This document shows positions 56,980-64,000 of a stretch of DNA of 64,000 nt, piece by piece. The DNA lies in assembly GCA_034437735.1 (NCBI GenBank), contig DAOTTS010000093.1, positions 27,705 to 91,704 of the forward strand. Reading direction: 5' to 3'. The position numbers and the translations under genes were made by a program. This stretch comes from Anaerolineae bacterium (GTDB lineage Bacteria > Chloroflexota > Anaerolineae > B4-G1 > SLSP01). The first letter of the stretch is position 1; each line of letters starts with the position of its first letter. Under the pieces are notes generated by a model. That model worked only from the letters and a program-made list of their open reading frames with translations, made no database searches and was not told the origin of the DNA.

Positions 56980-58716
56980 GTGGTGCTTGTACTAGCTGCA
57001 ACCTTAGGCCCCTACTTCACATCACAGGGCCCTGATATATCAGTCCGCGAGGTTGTCCGAACCGTTGTCTTAACCCCTACCCCGGGGCCAGACCCCTATG
57101 AACAAAGCGTCGCGGCAGAGCCCTCCCCCACACCGGTGGGTAGCGGAGGCACGTTAGCATTTACCATGCGCCACAATGGAAACAGTGATATCTATCTCCT
57201 CTCCCAGAACTCGGGGCGCCTCTTGCGCCTTACGTTCGACCCCGATGAAGACAGAAGCCCAGCCTGGTCCCCCGATGGTCGCTCACTCGCTTTTGCATCT
57301 AACCGCGGTCAGGGTTGGGATCTCTATACCATGGATATGAGCACAGGTACGGTCATCCGACTTACGCACTCTCCGGAATTTGAAGCAGGGCCCACGTGGT
57401 CACCTGACGGTCGTTGGCTGGCATACGAAGCCTACGAGGATGGTAACCTGGATATTCACATCCTCAACGTCGAAACGGGGGAAAGCCAGCAACTGACCGA
57501 CGATCCGGCGCCGGATTATTCACCCGCTTGGTCGCCAGATGGTCGTTCGGTCGCATTTACCTCATTCCGGAACACCAACCAGGATTTGTACGTCGTCTCA
57601 TTAGATGACGGTAGCGTCTATAATCTGACAAACACCCCCCATCAGAACGAAGATCATCCCGCTTGGTCTCCGACGGGAAGCTACCTGGCTTATTCAACCG
57701 GTGTGCCTGGCGATGAAAGCATCTGGCGAATTCCTTATGACATTGAGGCCGCAGCTCGTGGAGAATTACGCCCGATTCTTTTTGGTGTAGGGGGTCAACC
57801 CACGTGGTCACCAGATGGCGAGGCCATAGCATTTGTTTTTCAACAACAAACCAAAATGTATTTGATCGCTGCAAACATCACGGGATGGGCTCTCGCGCAG
57901 GAGGGATATACTACGAACGACTGGATGGGTTATCCAGACTGGACGAACGCGCTGCTGGATGAACGCCTGGAAGACCAGCTCGTCAAACGCGAGGGCGAGA
58001 AACCCCCACCCCACTATACAGAGCTCCTTCTTGCGAAGTCCGACGAGCACTATACCTTGGTGAATCTGCCCGACGTCAATGGCAGTGACAAGGCAGAAAA
58101 GCTGAGTGATCGAGTCAACGATAGCTACAATGCTATGCGGGAAGCTGTGCTCAAAAATTCGGGGTGGGATTATCTCAGTATCCTAGGAGATTCCTGGCGG
58201 CCCATGAATCATACCCCCCGACCGGGTCAGGGACGTATCTCCTGGCACGTATGCGGGAGGGCTGTAGACATCAATCAATCCTTCTTGCGCAACGGTCGGC
58301 TGGAGTTGGTAAGGGAGGATGTCGGCGGCGTCACATATTGGCGCGTCTTCATCAAGACAGCCGAACAGGATGGCACTCTCGGAGAGCCATTGCGTACGGC
58401 GCCCTGGGACTTGAGTGCGCGCACCGAAGGGGGAGCCGCAACCGCCGAAGGCGGCAAGCTCAAGGCCATCCCTACCGGGTACTATATCGACTTCACCACC
58501 ATCGCAGCTGACTTTGGGTGGGAGCGTAGAAATGCCCTGCCCAATTGGCGTAATTCGTACTATGACATAGAGTGGTGGCACTTTCAAAAAACTGAGGGGA
58601 TGAGCTGGTACGAATGCATGCTTGAGGTCTATGAAAGGGATGAGATCCAAGCTTCATACGGGTCACTTCCCTGGTGGACACAGCGCCCCGAATGGGAAGT
58701 ACAAGCGATGCCTTAA
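56980..58716 (+). CDS. TolB-like (PD40/WD40-like) beta-propeller fused to a C-terminal M15-family (VanY-like) peptidase domain
   Basis: It has a GTG start. There are at least 5 repeats of the form SP.WSPDGR..AF. The C-terminal SWHVCGRAVDIN matches the S-x-H-x-x-G-x-A-x-D metal-site motif of M15 peptidases. Confidence 0.65.
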   Translation: MVLVLAATLGPYFTSQGPDISVREVVRTVVLTPTPGPDPYEQSVAAEPSPTPVGSGGTLAFTMRHNGNSDIYLLSQNSGRLLRLTFDPDEDRSPAWSPDGRSLAFASNRGQGWDLYTMDMSTGTVIRLTHSPEFEAGPTWSPDGRWLAYEAYEDGNLDIHILNVETGESQQLTDDPAPDYSPAWSPDGRSVAFTSFRNTNQDLYVVSLDDGSVYNLTNTPHQNEDHPAWSPTGSYLAYSTGVPGDESIWRIPYDIEAAARGELRPILFGVGGQPTWSPDGEAIAFVFQQQTKMYLIAANITGWALAQEGYTTNDWMGYPDWTNALLDERLEDQLVKREGEKPPPHYTELLLAKSDEHYTLVNLPDVNGSDKAEKLSDRVNDSYNAMREAVLKNSGWDYLSILGDSWRPMNHTPRPGQGRISWHVCGRAVDINQSFLRNGRLELVREDVGGVTYWRVFIKTAEQDGTLGEPLRTAPWDLSARTEGGAATAEGGKLKAIPTGYYIDFTTIAADFGWERRNALPNWRNSYYDIEWWHFQKTEGMSWYECMLEVYERDEIQASYGSLPWWTQRPEWEVQAMP

Positions 58717-58744
58717 TCTACACCACGAGGTCAACTTCAACAAC

Positions 58745-59854
58745 CTACACAAGCTGTTTGATAGTCTGTTTTAGTTGAGATTGAAAGCGATTGAAGTCGA
58801 ACCGTTCGGCATTGGACCGACAGACGTCTGGAGAGACAGCATCAGGATCGAATCCTTTCACGGCTTCCATCAGGGATTCAGAAGTTGGCTCGTCAAAAAA
58901 AGCTCCGGTCACCCCTTCAACAACCGTATCAAGTGCCCCACCGGCCCGATAGGCAATCACCGGGCGACCAGCAGCCTGAGCCTCAACAGGTGCTAATCCA
59001 AAATCCTCCCGTCCCGGAAAGATAAAGGCTCGACAGCGAGCAACGAGGGAAGGCAGATCCGCATCGGGTACCCACCCTAGAAAGGATACGTTCGCTCCTG
59101 CATCAGCCTCCAAGGCCTCTCGGTCGCGACCGTCTCCCACAATCTTAAGAGGCAGCCCTAACTGGGTAAAGGCGTGGACGGCAAGATCAATTCGCTTGTA
59201 AGGGACGAGCCGGGATACAATGAGATAGTAGTCGTCGTGCTCGTCAACCGCATAGAACCGACCAACATCCACCGGCGGGAAGATGACCTCCGCATCACGT
59301 GCATAATAACGCCGAATCCTACGCTGGATCTCGGTGGAGATAGCGACATAATGGGTCGTCGGCCTTTGTGCAACCTCATAGTCCCAACGGCGAAGACGAC
59401 GAATAATAGGTTTAAGCAGAAGCTTCACGCTGGCCGGTAGATGTTCACGGGCCGCATATTGTTCGTATTCCCAAACATAACGCGTAGGAGCTAAACAATA
59501 GCATAGATGAGGAATACCGCCCGTCTGAACACCGTGACAAAATCCACTCTTGTTACTCAAAATCAGATCGTATCCAGACCCACTCAGATCTAATCGGTTG
59601 AAAGCGAACGCGTAAAGCGGGAAAAACGCCTGGTGGAAACGATAGACACCGGGAAGATGGTCCATCCACGTCGTACGGATGTCCCATGTTCGATAGGCAT
59701 CAGGCATCCGACTCCGCCAATACATACTGGTATAGATAGGGGCACGGGAATAAACTTGAACCAAACGCTCAAGCACCCGCTCCGCCCCGCCGTATTGATT
59801 CAGCCAATCATGGACCAGGGCAACAGAAAGCTCTGAAGAAGTCATAGGGATCAA
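58745..59854 (-). CDS. Glycosyltransferase family 4 (GT-B, group 1)
   Basis: It reads ALVHDWLNQYGGAERVLE...EDFGLAPVEAQAAGRPVIA...GGALDTV. Its start overlaps the murE stop by 4 nt. Confidence 0.8.
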   Translation of the reverse strand: MIPMTSSELSVALVHDWLNQYGGAERVLERLVQVYSRAPIYTSMYWRSRMPDAYRTWDIRTTWMDHLPGVYRFHQAFFPLYAFAFNRLDLSGSGYDLILSNKSGFCHGVQTGGIPHLCYCLAPTRYVWEYEQYAAREHLPASVKLLLKPIIRRLRRWDYEVAQRPTTHYVAISTEIQRRIRRYYARDAEVIFPPVDVGRFYAVDEHDDYYLIVSRLVPYKRIDLAVHAFTQLGLPLKIVGDGRDREALEADAGANVSFLGWVPDADLPSLVARCRAFIFPGREDFGLAPVEAQAAGRPVIAYRAGGALDTVVEGVTGAFFDEPTSESLMEAVKGFDPDAVSPDVCRSNAERFDFNRFQSQLKQTIKQLV

Positions 59855-61428
59855 TTAGACGGATCCGCCGTCGGCAATGTGGCAAGCGTGGATCCGTTAA
59901 GAGCGAGGCGCACTGCCTTCCGGTCATCCCAAGAATACTCAATCTCACCGAAACACATGCTTTGCTCGTGCCCTTTTCCAAACACCATCACAATATCCCC
60001 ATCCTGTCCCCTCTCGACCGCTTGAAGAATGGCCTGTCCACGGTCCGGCACAAGCCAAAAGCCCTGCCCTTCTTCACGACCCGCCGCGTCAAGCCCTCGC
60101 GCCGTCTCCTCCATAATGTGATCAAGAGGCTCTGTTCGAGGATCTTCCGCAGTGACAAAAATGAGATCGGCTAACTCACCAGCAGCCAAACCCATCAAAT
60201 AGCGTTTCTCTCGATCGCGTAACCCAGCGCATCCGAACACGGCTATGACCTGGCCCTCGTGAGTTACCATCCCCCGCCCGGCCTCAAGGGCCCGTCGTAA
60301 AGCGTTTGGTGTATGGGCAAAGTCCACCACCGCGATGAAATCTTGCCCCTCTTCGATACGTTCCATACGCCCAGGGATAGTTTGCACGCGGGCTACACCT
60401 TCTGCGATAGAATCAAGGGAAAGGTCTAAGGCCACTCCAGCCGAAGCTGCCGCAAGGATATTGCTTACGTTATACAGACCGACAAGAGAACTATGAATGT
60501 CGATCTCGCCCACAGGTGTAACAAGTCGGAAGTGAAGTCCATTCGGACGGAACTCAACAGGACGGGCATAGACATCAGCGGTTTCTGACGCCACCGCATA
60601 GATAATCTGGCGAGCAACTTGAATATCCAAAAGATTTGACATGGACCGAGGATCATCGGCATTAAGCACGGCTGTCGGATCGATCTGCCGTGGTTTAGAA
60701 TGTTTTACCCTTGCATCCGCCACATTTTCAAACAACATAGCTTTCGATTTCATATAGGCTTCCCAACTCCCATGAAAATCGAGATGCTCGTGAGTTACAT
60801 TGGTGACCACGGCGACATCGAATTGACAACCTGCGAGACGCTGCTGAGCTAACCCATGGGAAGTCGTCTCCAAGACAGCGTATGAAACGCCCGCCGCCAC
60901 CATTTGAGATAGATAGCGCTGAATATCACCGGATGGTGGGGTCGTCGTATGGAGACCGGTGTCGTAATCTTGCGTACCGATACGCGCGTTGACGGTACTC
61001 ACCATTCCGGTCATCATCCCCTCAGCCCTTAACATCGCGTGGATGAGATTAGTTGTGGTAGTCTTACCGTCCGTACCCGTGACACCGACAAGTATAAGAT
61101 GGTCACCCGGATAATCATACCATCCGGCATGCAGCCACCCCAAGGCTGCTCGGCTATCAGAGACCTGAATGTAGGGTACGAACTCAGGGAGGTCAATCTC
61201 ATGATAGGATTTTTCCCCTACCACAGCCCCAGCCCCAGCTTCAACCGCTTTAGAAATGAAACGGTGCCCATCAACATGGACGCCCGGAACGGCCACAAAT
61301 AGGCTGCCGACCTTAACTGTCCGGGAATCATCGGTAATCCCCGAGATTGGTATGTCCCTATCAGGTAACCTCGTGCCACTAAAGAAGGGAGAGTCAAGAA
61401 GTCTGTATAAGGATTGAATTTCTGGCAT
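59851..61428 (-). CDS. murE: UDP-N-acetylmuramoyl-L-alanyl-D-glutamate--2,6-diaminopimelate ligase (MurE)
   Basis: It reads DSRTVKVGSLFVAV...GVTGTDGKTTTT and has the Mur-ligase middle and C-terminal domains, including a DNPR-like ADDPR. Confidence 0.9.
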   Translation of the reverse strand: MPEIQSLYRLLDSPFFSGTRLPDRDIPISGITDDSRTVKVGSLFVAVPGVHVDGHRFISKAVEAGAGAVVGEKSYHEIDLPEFVPYIQVSDSRAALGWLHAGWYDYPGDHLILVGVTGTDGKTTTTNLIHAMLRAEGMMTGMVSTVNARIGTQDYDTGLHTTTPPSGDIQRYLSQMVAAGVSYAVLETTSHGLAQQRLAGCQFDVAVVTNVTHEHLDFHGSWEAYMKSKAMLFENVADARVKHSKPRQIDPTAVLNADDPRSMSNLLDIQVARQIIYAVASETADVYARPVEFRPNGLHFRLVTPVGEIDIHSSLVGLYNVSNILAAASAGVALDLSLDSIAEGVARVQTIPGRMERIEEGQDFIAVVDFAHTPNALRRALEAGRGMVTHEGQVIAVFGCAGLRDREKRYLMGLAAGELADLIFVTAEDPRTEPLDHIMEETARGLDAAGREEGQGFWLVPDRGQAILQAVERGQDGDIVMVFGKGHEQSMCFGEIEYSWDDRKAVRLALNGSTLATLPTADPSN

Positions 61429-61445
61429 AATGAGTACTTTCAGAG

Positions 61446-62909
61446 TTAGAGTGAGAAGAATATGTCGATAACACGATCCAAACGATTGAGCAGTAGACTG
61501 GGTAGGAACCCCAGCACCACCGAGCCAGCAATCGAGGTCACCGCTAGAACCTTTAACTCAAGTGCAGATGGCTCGGGATTAACACCCAGACCACGAGGCT
61601 CCTGCACAAAAACGGCTCGAATGATCTTCCAATAATAGCCAAGCGCGATCACACTGTTGAGACCGGCGATGACGGCAAGCCAGAAAGCCCCCTCTTCGAT
61701 AGCAGCGGATATCAGCATAAACTTGCCGATGAAACCCCCAGTACCAGGTATCCCGATCAAAGAGAAGAGACTCACCAAAAGCGCAACAGCGACCAGAGGT
61801 GCTTGCCCATATAGGCCATTGAAATCTGAAATTTCGTCGGAATCCATCCATAGAGCGACAAAGATAATGACTGCGAAAGCCCCTAACTCAGAGATGACAT
61901 AGGTGCTGAGCTGAAACATTGAGGCCTGGAGGCTGAATCGTGTTGCCAATGCCAGTCCCATAAGCATATATCCAGACTGAGCAATGCCAGAGTAAGCCAT
62001 CAACCGCTTAACACGCTCCTGCCAGAGCCCAGATAGATTGCCAAACGTCATCGCGATAGCGGCCAACACAAGGAGCACAGGATAACGCAACATCTGACCC
62101 AGCACGAGGCTTGAGGGAAATACCGTCATCACAATCCGGATGAACGCACTGAATCCTGCTACTTTCGGAATGACGGCCAATAGCGCTGTGACGACAGTGG
62201 GAGCGCCTTCATAGGCGTCAGGAGCCCACTGATGGAAGGGTACCAATGCAATCTTAAAACCAAGCCCGGCAATAATGAGAATCAGCAAGGGGAAAAGCGC
62301 CGATGCTTGCACCGATGTCTCCGTACTCTCTAAGGCACGGAGCGCACCGGAGAGCTCTGCGTAATCGGTAGTACCCGCAATCCCATATAGCCACGAAAAA
62401 CCATACATCATAAGTCCGGAGACAACAGCGCCATAGATGAGATACTTGATCGCGGCCTCAGTTGAACGTTGATCTTCGTGAAAAAACCCAGTTAGGATGT
62501 AAGATAGGATACTCAGAAAGTCAAGGCCGAGAACGAGAATAATAAGATTGACCGAAGCCACCACGAGAAACGCTGCGAAGCCAACAAACATAAGAAGGGC
62601 ATAAAAAAGCCCTCGCTCCAGGATATGTCGGGAGAGATACCGTTCGCTCATGGCAACAAGCGCCGCCAAAGCACCTAAGATCAAAACCCACCCGTAGCAC
62701 GTAAAGGCATCAAGCTGAAGGACATACATGACCCGTCGTTCTGTCCCCCAGAGAATGCAAGTTAAGATCATGGCCCCCAGAATGCCGACAAATGAGAGAC
62801 CTTGTGCCCAGACGTACCGAGTCTGCGAGGATCTCCAGATATCGATCACCAGAATGGCCAGACCGGTCACAAGAAGTACAAGCTGAGGCGAGATCTGCCA
62901 GATAGTCAT
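61446..62909 (-). CDS. nuoN: NADH-quinone oxidoreductase subunit N
   Basis: It has 14 TM helices with the antiporter-like subunit pattern (e.g. WAPDAYEGAPT). Confidence 0.9.
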   Translation of the reverse strand: MTIWQISPQLVLLVTGLAILVIDIWRSSQTRYVWAQGLSFVGILGAMILTCILWGTERRVMYVLQLDAFTCYGWVLILGALAALVAMSERYLSRHILERGLFYALLMFVGFAAFLVVASVNLIILVLGLDFLSILSYILTGFFHEDQRSTEAAIKYLIYGAVVSGLMMYGFSWLYGIAGTTDYAELSGALRALESTETSVQASALFPLLILIIAGLGFKIALVPFHQWAPDAYEGAPTVVTALLAVIPKVAGFSAFIRIVMTVFPSSLVLGQMLRYPVLLVLAAIAMTFGNLSGLWQERVKRLMAYSGIAQSGYMLMGLALATRFSLQASMFQLSTYVISELGAFAVIIFVALWMDSDEISDFNGLYGQAPLVAVALLVSLFSLIGIPGTGGFIGKFMLISAAIEEGAFWLAVIAGLNSVIALGYYWKIIRAVFVQEPRGLGVNPEPSALELKVLAVTSIAGSVVLGFLPSLLLNRLDRVIDIFFSL

Positions 62910-62934
62910 ACAAATACCTGACTATAGAGCTTTG

Positions 62935-64000
62935 TCACGGCGAACTCTCTCCTAACATTCGAAGAATCGTGGTCACTGCCCCATTGAAGGTATCGATGAT
63001 AGGAGCTGGATAGAGGCCCAAGCCCACCATAAGCAAAATCAACGGCCAAAGCGTCACTTTTTCCCACCAAGTCATATCAGGCAAGTCACCCCATCGCTCT
63101 CGGTCCAGAGAGCCCAGAAAAAGATATTCGACCAATTTCCAGAGGACATAGCCGGCCGTGAAAATCATACCTAGGACGCCGACAAAGGCCGCGACAGGGA
63201 CTAACTTGACAGCACCACGAAAGACAAGCAGCTCACTCCAGAATCCGACCAACCCCGGCAATCCCAGAGAGGCAAAGGCAGTGACCAACGTGATTCCATA
63301 ATAATAGGGGGTTTGTGTGGCCAACCCTCCAAAAGCTTTAAGGTTTCGGGTGTGAGCCCGGCGGTAAATGATCCCCACAAGAAAGAACATAGCCCCGGTG
63401 ACAACGCCATGAGAGAACTCTTGCATCGCCGCACCATTGAGCCCTGAGGCTGCCGCATCAAAGATCCGAAGGTCCGTATCCAGCCGGGGCCAGCCCGCAG
63501 CCGCTGCTGCCATCCCTAACGTGAAATACCCCATATGAGCCACGGAAGAATACGCGACCAGGAGCTTCAGATCCCACTGAGCCATACAGACTAAAGAACC
63601 ATAGACGATACTCACCACGGCCATCACGGTGATGATGGGGACTTGCACCGTAAAGAAATAGAATCGCTCGGGGAAAAGGGGAAGAGCGATACGCATCATA
63701 CCGTACGCTCCCAACTTCAGCAAGATCCCCGCCAAGATGACACTTCCGGCCGTCGGCGCCTGAGTATGCGCATCTGGAAGCCAAGTATGAAAGGGGAACA
63801 CAGGGACTTTGATCCCAAAAGCGACAAACAACGCCCAAAACACGAGGGTAGCCCACGTTAGGTTATCGGCAAAGGGACGCCTGGCAGCAGCTTCGAGGAT
63901 ATTGAACGTGCCTGTGTCGTAATAGACAGCAAGAATACCGAGCAAGCCGAAAACGCTACCGGCGAGTGTGTAAAGGAAAAACTTAATCGCAGCATATTCA
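62935..64000 (-). CDS. nuoM: NADH-quinone oxidoreductase subunit M (partial, N-terminus beyond window end)
   Basis: It reads HTWLPDAHTQAPTAGSVILAGILLKLGAYGMMR. The reading frame stays open to 64000. Confidence 0.9.
   Translation of the reverse strand, partial: EYAAIKFFLYTLAGSVFGLLGILAVYYDTGTFNILEAAARRPFADNLTWATLVFWALFVAFGIKVPVFPFHTWLPDAHTQAPTAGSVILAGILLKLGAYGMMRIALPLFPERFYFFTVQVPIITVMAVVSIVYGSLVCMAQWDLKLLVAYSSVAHMGYFTLGMAAAAAGWPRLDTDLRIFDAAASGLNGAAMQEFSHGVVTGAMFFLVGIIYRRAHTRNLKAFGGLATQTPYYYGITLVTAFASLGLPGLVGFWSELLVFRGAVKLVPVAAFVGVLGMIFTAGYVLWKLVEYLFLGSLDRERWGDLPDMTWWEKVTLWPLILLMVGLGLYPAPIIDTFNGAVTTILRMLGESSP

Noticed and set aside
1-64000. Searched for mobile elements (transposase DDE motifs, integrase R..H..R..Y, terminal inverted repeats) and prophage or defence islands.
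   Set aside because: None of the ORFs show transposase, integrase or phage structural signatures. The accessory-looking content is signalling and envelope genes rather than a mobile element.

Overview
This is a 64 kb chromosomal window with high GC (about 58-60%) and dense genes on both strands, with no transposases, integrases, CRISPR arrays or prophage genes visible. The gene content resembles Chloroflexota-like bacteria (many Ser/Thr kinase, FHA and PP2C genes, large GT-C membrane glycosyltransferase-like proteins, GH57 and GH3 enzymes, a bacterial Elp3); that placement is inference only. The region is a mix of core and envelope or signalling genes:
- Envelope glycosylation: two GT2 genes, a FlgD-Ig-like lipoprotein, a GH3 hydrolase with a PT-rich linker and TM anchor, and two very large GT-C-like membrane proteins.
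- Signalling: a Ser/Thr kinase divergent from an FHA/OmpR-winged-helix regulator, and a six-gene Ser/Thr kinase (beta-propeller)/PP2C/J-domain-vWA/zinc-ribbon-FHA/small ORF/OmpR regulator cluster.
- Core functions: an S1-domain protein, SmpB, a CtpA-type S41 protease, glycogen synthase GlgA, MurE, and NuoN/NuoM.
- Transport and carbohydrate: a phnDCE-type ABC transporter, a GH57 enzyme, an EamA transporter, and tatA/tatB/tatC.
- tRNA modification: a bacterial Elp3 homolog divergent from a Trm9-like SAM methyltransferase.
- Secreted or cell-surface proteins: a triple-PA14 protein, a roughly 1,290-aa lamin-tail/phospholipase-D(HKD x2)/lamin-tail protein, and a 2,016-aa thioester-less alpha-2-macroglobulin lipoprotein followed by an AAA+ ATPase.
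- A tRNA-His(GTG)/tRNA-Arg(TCG) pair and a TolB-like propeller/M15 peptidase fusion.
The candidates I consider most novel are (i) a threonine-synthase-like PLP enzyme fused to a CheY-like receiver domain, immediately followed by a hybrid receiver/histidine kinase; (ii) the translationally coupled kinase/PP2C/J-vWA/FHA/regulator operon; and (iii) the Elp3/Trm9-like pair. A ~0.9 kb ORF-poor, lower-GC region, a 14-bp-arm inverted repeat downstream of smpB, and a 14-nt periodic direct-repeat array in a divergent promoter are unexplained non-coding features. All calls rest on reading the translated ORFs and the raw sequence; no database searches were run.
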